The notes beneath the pieces were generated by a model, which was given only the letters and a program-made list of their open reading frames with translations, was not told the DNA's origin and did not search any database. Below are positions 27,562-40,250 of a stretch of 64,000 bases of DNA, in pieces; the first letter of the stretch is position 1; every line of letters begins with the position of its first letter. The position numbers and the translations under genes are program-made. Source of the stretch: Eledone cirrhosa (Eukaryota); the NCBI GenBank assembly GCA_964016885.1, contig OZ024762.1, positions 28,086,001-28,150,000 of the forward strand, given 5' to 3'.

Positions 27562-27629
27562 ATGGAATCCATCAAAGACAACATAGATATAGCTTGCTAT
27601 TTCATAACAAAACATTCTTGGAAAGGAAA
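27562..27629 (+). CDS. DNAJC13: DNAJC13 coding exon 1 (acceptor at 27555 implies an upstream 5' UTR exon)
   Basis: ttttcag|gacaacATG...[23 protein letters not shown]|gtgagt, phase 2. Confidence 0.93.
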
Positions 27630-28219
27630 GTGAGTATAACAGCATTCTTCTACTACTCTACTATTATAACTTCCATTGGTGTATTGGCAGGATCGGTAGA
27701 TCTACAGTCAACATGTTTTGCAGCATATAATGTCCCTTTATGTTCTGAGTTCAAATCCTGTCAAGGTTAGTTTTACCTTTCATCCTGACAGGGTTGATAA
27801 AATAAAGTACCAGTAATGCACTGGGGTCAATTTAATCGAGTTACCCCTTCCCTCAAAAAATTGCATGCCTTGTGCCTAAATTAGGAAAAATTGGTAGAGC
27901 TTCAGACACCATGCTTCGCAGCATAGTTACAGCCCTTTATGTTCTGGTTTCAAATCCTGTCAAGGTTTGCTTTGCCTTTCATCCTTATGAGGTCGATAAA
28001 ATAAAGTACCAGAAATTAGAAAGCAGAATCGGTAGAGCTTCAGACACCATGTTTTGCGGCATATAGTTAGAGCCCTTTATGTTCTGAGTTCAATGGCCGG
28101 TTTGAGCAGAAAGAGGTGAGAGAATTCTGACCGGATACGGCTGGTTTAAATGATTAAGCCCGTGGGCCGCATGTTTGACATGCTTGGACCATCATATGTT
28201 TTACCTACTCAGAAATTAA

Positions 28220-29175
28220 ATGCATTACATATCTCACAATACTTCGTTAGATATCTCACAATACTTCTTATTATTACATATCTCACAACACTACTTATTA
28301 TTACATATCTCACAACACTTCTTATTATTACATATCTCACAACACTTCTTATTATTACATATCTCACAACACTTCTTATTATTACATATCTCACAATACT
28401 TCTTATTATTACATATCTCACAACACTTCTTATTATTACATATCTCACAACACTTCTTATTATTACATATCTCACAACACTTCTTATTATTACATATCTC
28501 ACAATACTTCTTATTATTACATATCTCACAACACTTCTTATTATTACATATCTCACAACACTTCTTATTATTACATATCTCACAATACTTCTTATTATTA
28601 CATATCTCACAATACTTATTATTACATATCTCACAACACTTCTTATTATTACATATCTCACAATACTTCTTATTATTACATATCTCACAATACTTCTTAT
28701 TATTACATATCTCACAATACTTCTTATTACATATCTCACAATACTTATTACATATCTCACAATACTTCTTATTACATATCTCACAATACTTCTTGTTACA
28801 TATCTCACAACACTTCTTATTATTACATATCTCACAATACTTCTTATTACATATCTCACAATACTTATTATTACATATCTCACAATACTTATTATTACAT
28901 ATCTCACAATACTTCTTATTACATATCTCACAATACTTCTTATTATTACATATCTCACAATACTTATTATTATTACATATCTCTCAATACTTCTTATTAT
29001 TACATACCTCACAATACTTCTTATTATTACATATCTCACAACACTTATTATTACATACCTCACAATACTTCTTATTATTACATATCTCACAATACTTCTT
29101 ATTATTACATATCTCACAACACTTCTTATTATTACATATCTCACAATACTTCTTATTATTACATATCTCTCAATA
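28220..29175. repeat. 27-bp AT-rich minisatellite abutting coding exon 2
   Basis: Unit catatctcacaa(c/t)acttcttattatta, with 21- and 24-bp deletion variants. Confidence 0.96.
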
Positions 29176-29193
29176 TATATTTGTCTTTTACAG

Positions 29194-29269
29194 ATATAAA
29201 CGTATATTTTCTGTCGGTACTCATGGCATTACTACTTACAACCTTAATACACTGGAAATCACCAACCGG
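29194..29269 (+). CDS. DNAJC13: DNAJC13 coding exon 2
   Basis: tttacag|...[25 protein letters not shown]|gtaagg, 76 nt. Confidence 0.95.
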
Positions 29270-29469
29270 GTAAGGTATTCTTGTCTAGTTTCAGTTTTAT
29301 CTATCTTTTTTTTTTTATTTTGTAGAATATTTTAGAAAAATAAGGAAAATTGTGTACAGTGCTCAGGTGCACTACCACTCATCAAAGGTGTCTGTATAGA
29401 TGTATAGTGCATAGAATAATGTCAGGAAAGTGTGGTGTGTCTTTGGTGTTCTATGTAGCATACTGGAAT

Positions 29470-30155
29470 ATATCATCACCGTCGTCATAATTGTTGTTGT
29501 GATCGTTGTCACCACCATCACTACCATCGCTTTCACTATCATCACCACCACCACCATCACTACAATCACCACCACCACAATCATCACTACTACCACCACA
29601 ATCATCGCTACCACCACCACCATCATCGCTACCACCACCACCATCATCACTACCACCACCACCATCATCACCGCCACCACCATCATCACTACCGCCACCA
29701 CCATCATCACTACCGCCACCACCATCATCACTACCGCCACCACCATCATCACTACCGCCACCACCATCATCACTACCGCCACCACCATCATCACTACCGC
29801 CACCACCATCATCACTACCACCACCAACATCATCACTACCACCACCACCATCATCACTACCACCACCACCATCATCACCGCCACCACCATCATCAATACC
29901 GCCACCACCATCATCACTACCGCCACCACCATCATCACTACCGCCACCACCATCATCACTACCACCACCACCATCATCACTACCACCACCACTATTACCA
30001 TCACAATCATCACTACCACCACGGCTACCATCATCACTATTACCATCACCACCACCAATACCACCACCACCACCACCACTACCATCATCACCACCACCAA
30101 TACCACCACCACCAATACCACCACCACCACTACCACCACCACCACTACCATCATC
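29470..30155. repeat. Trinucleotide-based repeat with 21-bp period
   Basis: Unit catcatcactaccgccaccac. Confidence 0.95.
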
Positions 30156-30299
30156 TATTTTTCCATTTTGGCATGGGCTGGACAATTTTTCCTGGTCTAG
30201 CTATGCTGGGAGAAAAAAATCCTGACCAACCCATGCAAGCATGGAAAAACATATAAAAGGTTGATGACGACACTGATGATGATGATAGTGCTGATTCAT

Positions 30300-31397
30300 T
30301 CAGTCCTTTTCTTTTTCTTCTTCTCCCACTTATTCCTGAGAGGGTCGTGGGGGCAGTCCTCAGACACTCCTTCCAGCAGATCCTGGCAGAAGCAACCGTC
30401 TCCAACTGATCCGGCTGGACCCTGAAGCTTGACCAGCCAAACTTATGGATGTTATCCAGCCATATTACTCGGGGTTTACCCTGTGTCTCTTTCCAGTTGG
30501 TTTTGCCTGTTAAATCTGTCCAGCGATTCTTTCCTGAGACATTCTAACCACATGTCCATAATATCAGAGCTGTGATCTCTCAATTCGGAGAAGTAGCAGC
30601 TCTATCTGGAGTGACTCTCTGATCTCTGAGCTACAAATCTGTCCAGCGATTCTTTCCTGAAACATTCTAACCACATAACCATAGTATCAGAGCTGTGATC
30701 TCTCAATTCAGAGAAGCAGCAGCTCTATCTGGAGTGACTCTCTGATCTCTGAGCTACAAATCTGTCCAGCGATTCTTTCCTGAAACATTCTAACCACATA
30801 ACCATAGTATCAGAGCTGTGATCTCTCAATTTGGAGAAGCAGCAGCTCTATCTGGAGTGACTCTCTGATCTCTGAGCTACAAATCTGTCCAGCGATTCTT
30901 TCCTGAGACATTCTAACCACATAACCATAGTATCAGAGCTGTGATCTCTCAATTCAGAGAAGCAGCAGCTCTATCTGGAGTGACTCTCTGATCTCTGAGC
31001 TACAAATCTGTCCAGCGATTCTTTCCTGAAACATTCTAACCACATAACCATAGTATCAGAGCTGTGATCTCTCAATTCAGAGAAGCAGCAACTCTATCTG
31101 GAGTGACTCTCTGATCTCTGAGCTACAAATCTGTCCAGTGATTCTTTCCTGAAACATTCTAACCACATAACCATAGTATCAGAGCTGTGATCTCTCAATT
31201 TGGAGAAGTAGCGGCTCTACCTGGAGTGACTCTCTGATCTCCGAGCTACAAATCTGTCCAGCAATTCTTTCCTCAGACATTCTAACCACATATCCATAGT
31301 ATCGGAATTGTGATCTCTCAATTTGGAGTGATTCTCTGATCTCCGAGCTATGCACTTTATCGAGTAACGTTACTCCAAAGACCCTTCAGAGGAATCC
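30300..31397 (-). mobile_element. RTE (Expander/Rex3-like) LINE 3' fragment with an internal 123-bp segment amplified 7 times
   Basis: The minus strand unit translates as SSEIRESLQIELLLLRIERSQL*YYG(H/Y)VVRM(S/F)QERIAGQI. Units start at 30512, 30635, 30758, 30881, 31004, 31127 and 31250. Confidence 0.85.
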
Positions 31398-31477
31398 TAT
31401 TTTGGCCACTTGTATTCATGATTGTATTCATTCAACTGTCTATTATTTAATAAATATTTTTCATTTCTATTTCCCAG

Positions 31478-31627
31478 TGGCCCTATAGTGAGTTTATTAG
31501 TATTGTACCAAACAACAAAGCACCGACTAACAATGAGTTCCTTATTACGATGCGAAAGAGCCAACGCAAGATAGAGACTATGAGGTTTTCTACAGACCAT
31601 CGACCAGATCTTTTAACAGAAGCTTTG
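31478..31627 (+). CDS. DNAJC13: DNAJC13 coding exon 3
   Basis: ttcccag|WPYSEFISIVPNNKAPTNNEFLITMRKSQRKIETMRFSTDHRPDLLTEAL|gtaaga, 150 nt. Confidence 0.95.
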
Positions 31628-32906
31628 GTAAGAGGGGAAACAACCCCCATATTTTAAAGCCTTTTTTTTTTTATTTTGGGGCCTTTTTCAAGGGTTGTCA
31701 TTTCACAAGGTCACAGGGCGGAGAGCGCGTGGGCCTCCATTTGCTCACAATAGTGAAAAATGTGGAGAGCGCGAGAGGTAGTGACAGTGGGAGTCTGGTT
31801 CTTTTGTGTGCAGACCTGGTGTATATATGTGTATATAAGAGTTTAACTAACTGGTTGTTTATAAACAAGTGTTTGTTGACCCTTTTTCTGTATCCTTCCC
31901 TTATTCTTGGGTCTCAAATAATCGTTTGCCCCCACTTATTAATTTTTCAGAACCCCTCCTCTCCCCTTCTCCTGTGCTCTTATCTCCCTTCCCTCGCTCT
32001 TATCCCTTCCCTCCCATCCCACTTATTACATTTTGCTAATCTATCTCCGGCAAAATTTAATTTTAAGTGGTAGCAATCCTGCAACAATTAATTTTGTTTA
32101 TAGATTAAAAAGCATTATATAGAGTATCGGTAGAGGGTCGGACGCCATGCTTTGACGCATAGTTACGGCCCTTTATGATCTGAGTTCAAATCCCGCCAAG
32201 GTTAACTTTGTCTTTCATCCTTACGGGGTCGATAAAATAAAATACCAGTAATGCACTGGGTAATTGCTGGCCTTGTGCCAAAAGTAGAAACAATTATATA
32301 GTACAAAACAAGTATATTACTAGAAATTTCATACGTTTTAAAATAAATATTGGAGGGCGGAGGTCTCAATATGTAAACTAAATGACTAATTCTGGTTTTT
32401 AAACCTTTTTTATAATGGCTTCATGCTGGACAATCTTTCTACAGACCAGTATTTGCATGTGTCTGTTATTTAAGTGCATTCTGATAAAGTGAGCAATTTA
32501 TTATAGTAGATAAATATTGAATATTTAAACAAATATATAATATTTATTCATACATAGTATATATTATATTATTTATTATATATAAACTAACAATTTTATT
32601 TATTATATATTGTTTACAATTTGTGTGTGGGCAGTCTCTCTGGAGGTAGGGGTTGAGGGAAGATGCTAAGGGTATTATGTGGCTGTGAGGGGGAGGGTGC
32701 TAAGACTATTATGTGGCTGTGAGGGGATGAATGCTAAGGGTATTATGTGGTCGTATGGGGGTGGACAAAATATTTAAGAACCTCTGTGTTAAAGTATTAT
32801 GGTAGGAGTTGGTGGGAGACATGCAACAACAGGGGTTCCAGTGCGATAAGTGAAGGGTCTGCTTTACATGGTCACAATTCATATATTTATATATTTTGTA
32901 TTTCAG

Positions 32907-32948
32907 CGTTTCAAAAAACTTTTTGCTGAACAGAATAACAATGTTAAG
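32907..32948 (+). CDS. DNAJC13: DNAJC13 coding exon 4
   Basis: tttcag|RFKKLFAEQNNNVK|gtaaat, 42 nt. Fills the gap corresponding to human RFRTDFSEGKITGR. Confidence 0.85.
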
Positions 32949-32974
32949 GTAAATTAACAATTAAATATACAAAT

Positions 32975-34750
32975 ATAACTGTTATCACACACCACACAAT
33001 GTAGCTGTATCACACACCACAATATTGCTGTTATCACACACCACACAATATAACTGTTATCACACATTACACAATGTAGCTGTTATCACACATTACACAA
33101 TGTAGCTGTTATCACACATTACACAATGTAGCTGTTATCACACATTACACAATGTAGCTGTTATCACACATTACACAATGTAGCTGTTATCACACATTAC
33201 ACAATGTAGCTGTTATCGCACATTACACAATGTAGCTGTTATCACACATTACACAATGTAGCTGTTATCACACACCACAATGTAGCTGTTATCACACACC
33301 ACAATATAGCTGTTATCACACACCACAATATAGCTGTTATCACACACCACAATATAGCTGTTATCACACACCACAATATAGCTGTTATCACACACCACAA
33401 TATAGCTGTTATCACACACCACACTATAACTGTTATCACACACCACAATATAACTGTTATCGCACACCACAATATAACTGTTATCGCACACCACAATATA
33501 ACTGTTATCGCACACCACAATATAACTGTTATCGCACACCACAATATAACTGTTATCGCACACCACAATATAACTTATCGCACACCACAATATAACTGTT
33601 ATCGCACACCACAATATAACTGTTATCGCACACCACAATATAACTGTTATCGCACACCACACTATAACTGTTATCACACACCACAATACAACTGTTATCG
33701 CACACCACAATATAACTGTTATCGCACACCACAATACAACTGTTATCACACACCACAATACAACTGTTATCGCACACCACAATACAACTGTTATCGCACA
33801 CCACAATACAACTGTTATCGCACACCACAATACAACTGTTATCGCACACCACAATATAACTGTTATCTCACACCACAATATAACTGTTATCGCACACCAC
33901 ACAATATAATTTATCACACACCACACAATACAATTTATCACACACCACACAATATTGCTGTTTTCACACACCACACAATATTGCTGTTTTCACACACCAC
34001 ACAATATAGCTGTTTTCACACACCACACAATATAGCTGTTACCACACACCACACAATATAACTGTTATCACACACCACACAATATAGCTGTTTTCACACA
34101 CCACACAATATAGCTGTTTTCACACACCACACAATATAGCTGTTTTCACACACCACACAATATAACTGTTATCACACACCACACAATATAACTGTTATCA
34201 CACACCACACAATATAACTGTTATCACACACCACACAATATAACTGTTATCACACACCACACAATATAACTGTTATCACACACCACACAATATAGCTGTT
34301 ATCACACACCACACAATATAGCTGTTTTCACACACCACACAATATAGCTGTTATCACACACCACACAATATAACTTATCACACACCACACAATATAACTG
34401 TTATCACACACCATACAATATAACTGTTATCACACACCACACAATATAACTGTTATCACACACCACACAATATAACTGTTATCACACACCACACAATATA
34501 GCTGTTATCACACACCACACAATATAGCTGTTTTCACACACCACACAATATAGCTGTTATCACACACCACACAATATAACTGTTATCACACACCACAATA
34601 TAACTGTTATTACACACCACAACATAACTGTTATCACACACCACAACATAACTGTTATCACACACCACAACATAACTGTTATCACACACCATAATATAAC
34701 TGTTATCACACACCACACAATATTGCTGTTATCACACACCACACAATATT
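32975..34750. repeat. 24/26-bp minisatellite filling intron 4
   Basis: Unit gttatc(a/g)cacacca(ca)caatata(a/g)ct. Confidence 0.97.
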
Positions 34751-34781
34751 ATTCATTCATTTATTTATCAATTTCTTCCAG

Positions 34782-34928
34782 CAGTTCAGTGCCTACAAAT
34801 CTCACTGGTCGGAGACTCGTGTCTCTGTGTGCCTCGAGGTGAACGCCTCATCACTGGATCAACTTGATCCAGTCACAAAGAAGCTCTTAGCATCATATGA
34901 TTACAAAGACATGGAAGGTTTAACCCAG
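34782..34928 (+). CDS. DNAJC13: DNAJC13 coding exon 5
   Basis: ttccag|QFSAYKSHWSETRVSVCLEVNASSLDQLDPVTKKLLASYDYKDMEGLTQ|gtaagt. The acceptor is a CAGCAG tandem. Confidence 0.95.
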
Positions 34929-34974
34929 GTAAGTTTATATTTCACTTTCCTTTTGTCATCTGTACTCTCGAGCA

Positions 34975-35353
34975 CAATGCAGAGTTGCTATCACGATTGC
35001 TGGGTGAAGAAGTGCCAGGAAATACCAGTGGAAGGAAGCTGCAGTAGAAGTAGACCTGGGTAAAGAGAAAAGCTTAGTATAACAGGAATCAGATATAGAG
35101 TGCAAGAGAGGAGACTACACTGGTATGGACATGTAATGTGCATGGATGATAATCACTGTGTGAAGAACTGCCAGGAAATGCCAGTGGAAGGAAACTGCAG
35201 TAGCAGAAAGACCTGGGTAGAGGTGGTGAGAACTGACTTCAAATCACTGACTTCAAATCACAGAGCTGACAACGAAGGAATGTGGCTTGTGGAGAGATGC
35301 TGTGCTGAGAAGGACCCATGCAAGTGTGGAAAAACGGACGGAAAAATGATGAT

Positions 35354-35355
<2 letters not shown>
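34975..35355 (+). mobile_element. Degraded RTE LINE 3' fragment
   Basis: Encodes QERRLHWYGHVMCMDDNHCVKNCQEMPVEG; ends ggaaaaacggacggaaaaatgatgatg. Confidence 0.8.
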
Positions 35356-35392
<37 letters not shown>

Positions 35393-36286
35393 TCATTTCA
35401 TGTTGTGACATATGAATCTAATAATGTCTCTAAATGATGCTAATTAACCCTTTAGCATTTACATTACTCTATATATACTATTATATTTTCAAGGTAAAGG
35501 CTTTAGTTCACATAATTATCTCATATAATATTGAATCTATGAGATTTTGATATTATATATTTTGAGATCAATACCTTAACCTTTTAACAATTTACATTAT
35601 ATATTGGCAGTATCGGTAGAGGGTCGGACGCCATGCTTTGACGCATAGTTACGGCCCTTGCCATTCTGAGTTCAAATCCTGCTGAGGTTAACTTTGTCTT
35701 TCATCCTTACGAGGTCAATAAAATAAAGTACCAGTAATGCACTGGATAATTGCTAGCCTTGTGTCAAAAATAGAAACAATTATATTTTCATGGTAAAGGC
35801 TTTACCTCACATACTTACCTCACATACTTACCTCACATACTTACCTCACATACTTACCTCACATATTATTGAATCTATGAGACTTTGATAAATTTATTTT
35901 GTGAACAATACCTTAACGTCAGTGAGGGGCCAGTTTGAACAGAAAGAGGTGAGAGAATTTTGGCCAGATACGGTCGGTTTAACTCGTTAGCATTTAATTA
36001 CTCTCGCTCGCGCTCTCTCTCGCCCTCTCTCTCGCTCTCTCTCGCTTTCTCTCTATCATCATCGTTTAACATCTATCTTCCACGCTTCATGGGTTAGATG
36101 GGAATTGTCCCACTTGTGGCAAGATTGGTCGGGTGACCGTGTCTTGCTCGACTATCTGGCAGGTTTTCTGTGGCTGGATGATACACATACATACAAACAT
36201 ATACTATTATATTTTCATATATATATATCATCATCATCATCATCTTCGTTTAACGTTCATTTTCCGCGCTAATATATATATATATG

Positions 36287-39200
36287 TGTTGTATTATTTT
36301 GTACCAAATCAAAGGTTTTTATTCAATCTAAGAATACTATAGAAAGAGTCAATAAGAGAAGAAATTAGCATGGGTTAACAATACAACAAACAAGAACAGA
36401 ACGAATACAACGAATAAGAATGAAAAGGAATTAAATCAAAGAGAAGAAAGTGATGCTATAAAACAAATCATATCATCACATTCTTTCCTTCTAGCTTTAA
36501 TCGTTGTATCGCATTGGCCTCACTACTAAGCGTCCTCGGCGTGATCTTTGTTGTTGGGGTGTGTTATTCGAGGTTAAGAATGTGTCAGAAGATTCATCGT
36601 CGCTGAATTCAGTACTCTCTGTAGGATTGTTATCGGCAGTAGATGTCGTACTTTCGTTCCCAACTGCCACAGGTGTAGATATTGCTGTTGGTTGAGTTAA
36701 ATTGGCGCCTTTTGGGAAGTTATTATTCTGACACTCCGATGTTGTTGAATTTCCATTTTGTGGTGATGCTGCTGGTGCGAGATTTGTAGTTGACACTGTC
36801 TATTCTTCCACTATTAAATTGTACCTTGGCAAAATGGGGTGAGATCGTCTCGATGAGTTGAACGTTTTCCGTGAGATCATTACCTTTATTCCTTATGAGA
36901 CGTTGATGTAGCACGATTGTGCTCGGTTTATTTAGAAACTCTGGTATTTCTGTGCCGTTGTTTGTCGATCTGGTGAATGAAAATACTCTTTCATGTGGTG
37001 TGGCGTTTGTAGCAGTGCAAAGCAATCCTCGGATAGACGACAGAGCGATTGGAATCATGTTACTCCATTTTTATTGAGATTATCGCTTTGCATATTATGC
37101 CGTTAACTCTTTCGCATTGGCCGTTGGCTTGGGGTCGATATGGCGTGGTGTGGCTTTTTATAATGTGCTTAATAAATCTTTGAGTTTTGTGATTCAAATT
37201 GACGTCCCCTATCTGTATGAATCGAACTGGGTTTTCCAAATATAGAGAATATCTCCAATAGATGTTTAATTACTACGTCCGTTGTTATCTCTTTACAGGG
37301 AATGGCGAATGGAAAACGTGAGTACTCGTCAACTATAGTTAACATAAATCGAAAACCGTTTGAGATAGCCATGGGACCCACAAAGTCTTGTGGCATGTAT
37401 TAATCTTCCTTTGGCTGGTTTATAGAATTGTGGTTTACATTCACGGCATATTTTGCAATTGGCGATAACTTCTCTTATTTCATTAATAGGATATGCCAAG
37501 TTCATTAATTTACAAAAATGTAGAAGTCTGGTGAACCCCGGATGACATAGACGTGAGTGAATATTGTATAATTTGTGTTCCGTCTTAGTAGAGCATCAGC
37601 GCGATAGGGCGTCTGCGGCTTGGTTTAATGAACCAGGTCTTTATGAGAAGGTAAGGTTAAGATCACTTAGCTCTAGTCGCCAGCGGGCTACCTTATCGTT
37701 TTTAATCTTGGAAGTGTGTTTTTTGTTGAACGCAAATGCAACCGATCGTTGGTCTGTTATGATACTACAATGTGGAACAGCACTGATCATATGCCTCCAT
37801 TTTCTACAACATTCTATAATTGCGCAAGCTTCCTTTTCGATGATGGAATGTCCTCTTGCTGACTTGTTTAGGGTTCTACTAAGAAAAGCAATTGGACGAC
37901 CATTTTGTGATAGTTCTGCCAATCGCAATATCTGATGCATCGGTTTCGATTATAAATGGTGCAGTGAAATCAGGTGAACACAGTGATGCCTTTATGAGTT
38001 CTTCCTTCATCTTATTAATAGTAGATTTTTCTTCATTTGATAGACCTTGTTTATCAATGGTGTTGCTTGCCTTTGTAAGAACAACTGAGAGGTTAAAAGA
38101 GCCCTTAATCCATTTAGCATAGTATGCAAAAAGATCTATTACCTGGTTCAACTCTTTTAACGTCTTTGGGAACAGCATGTCAATAAGGGATTTATACCTT
38201 TCAGGGCCCGGTCTTAATTTACCTTTTTCTATGACATGTCCAAGGAAATGTATTCTATTTTGATTAAAGCTGCATTTGTCTCGATTCAATTGCATACCTG
38301 CATTGTTAGCTGCATTCATGAATTGCTTTAGGTTATGGTTATGTTCTTCGACTGTGTCTCCTCCTATAATAATGTTGTCAAGGTATCAGTAGGTATTTTG
38401 TAAGTTGTAATTGTCTATGAAAGTGTCCATTATTTGTTGGAAAATTGGAACGGCATTTGTGCATCCAAACGGAAGACGGGTAAATTCGTAGTCGGCCACA
38501 GGTCTCGAATGCAGTCAACTTAAAGTCGGACGATTTGATGGGTATTTGGTGATAAGCCGCCTTTAGATCTATTTCCGAGAAATACGTGTGTTTTGAAATT
38601 TTGTTGAGTAGGTCTTCGATTATGGCATTAGGGTATGAATCTAATGGTGTGTAACGATTTATAGTGCCCGAGTAGTCTATGACAAGACGTTTTTTTTGTT
38701 TTCTTGATCTATTACGAAGCACTGCGCTCTCCATGGGCTTCTGCTCTGTTGAATTATTCCAGCTTTAAGTATTCTGTCGATTTCTGTTTTAATGAATTGC
38801 TGATCTTTATTGTATTTTCGAGGAGGTATAGATAATGGTTTTAATTTTGTAGTATCGATACCAGGCATTAAATCATATTCTTCACAATTCAGAGTTTGCA
38901 TTGACATACATATCGTGACTGGTCTCATATCCCCCACATATTTTATTGTTAAAAACTTATGCCTTTTAAGTATATCAAGACCTATAACTACTGGAGCAAA
39001 GAGTTTGTCAACCACCATTAGATCGATGTGGTATTCTCGGCCCTCCCATTCTAATGTTGTTTCAAATGTACCTCGTATTATGAGTTTACTGTTGTTGGCT
39101 AAAATTTCACTTATTCTTAGTTTTCTTGAATTTACTTCGCCATTTCGACAAGAGGTTCATGTCAATGAAAGACTTGTCTGAGCCTATGTCAAGTAAACCT

Positions 39201-40229
39201 TATGTTTTATGTGAATTGACATAAAGTGTTAAAAGGTTTGTATTATGATTCACGGAAGCAAGTTTATAACAGGCAGCAAGATTACTGCCATCATAGGCTT
39301 CATCGGGGCCCTCGTTATTATTCAAGACTGCTGCATATTTTATCTTCTTTAGTACCTTCTTATTTTTAACAAAACATACTGTTGCCCAGTGGCCTTTCTT
39401 GTGGCAGAAATTGTAAGTTGAATTTTTTACAGGGCACTCTGATTTTTGGTGATATGAACCACCAGAAACATTTTGATGAAGAAGCAGTGAATACGGGTTG
39501 TGACGGCAGTTGTATTGTTGTTGTTGACAGATTTTGTGCGTCTTCTATTGCCAGTTCTAATGTGAGAGAGGTTTGGAATATTTTATCTAGATTTTCGTCA
39601 GGTGATTCCAGAAGGGATTGAACAACCGACACAAACGCATGACAAATCAACAATTGTCTATGTTGTTCCCCTGTTAGGGGTTTAGTGGAGAATTTCTTTG
39701 TGAGGGCTTTTAATTCAGTCATGTAGGTGTCCAATGATTGCGCTTCTTGTTGACGATGGTTGCGTAGTTTAAGTCGGGTCATTATTGCTGAGCCTTTCTT
39801 TTGAAATTTATTATCAAGAATGGATAACGCCTCATCGAATGATGTTGCTTCTTCAATGAGAGTATAAGCATTGGCTCCACAAAGAACCAGAAGGACTGAC
39901 AGCTTACTTTCGTCAGGAACAGACAAGTTTTCCAAATAGATCGCCAACATTCTTTTCCAGTAGGCATAATCGGGTTCTCTCGGATAATCCGGAAGAATTT
40001 TCTTGAATATTTTCGGATCCATGATTGAATAAAATTGTTGTATTATTTTGTACCAAATCAAAGGTTTTTATTCAATATAAGAATAATATAGAAAGAGTCA
40101 ATAAGAGAGGAAATTAGCATGGGTTAACAATACAACAAACAAGAACAGAACGAATACAACGAATAAGAATGAAAAGGAATCAAATCAAAGAGAAGAAAGT
40201 GATGCTATAAAACAAATCATATCATCACA
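36287..40229 (-). mobile_element. Gypsy/Ty3 LTR retrotransposon, full length, decayed gag-pol
   Basis: 194-bp TG...CA LTRs at 36287..36480 and 40036..40229 (4 differences by eye). PPT agaaggaaagaa adjoins the 3' LTR. Contains gag 39366..40061, protease (LLDIGSDK), RT (SRSPW, IDYS, IDLKAAYHQI, YLDNI), RNase H (ETDASD, IEKEA, TDQRS) and integrase (HPG, CKIC, DFVGP, VDEYSRF, TDRG, NGQCER) in Gypsy order. Inserted in (TA)n. Confidence 0.95.
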
Positions 40230-40250
40230 ATATATATATATATATATAAA

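Noticed and set aside
28150-29335. 349-371 aa repetitive ORFs
   Set aside because: Minisatellite translation. Only 29194..29269 is a real exon.
30512-31350. Regular repeats as a possible CRISPR array (also 17625-18200 and 25440-26085)
   Set aside because: Head-to-tail units without unique spacers, no cas genes, and a eukaryotic intronic context.
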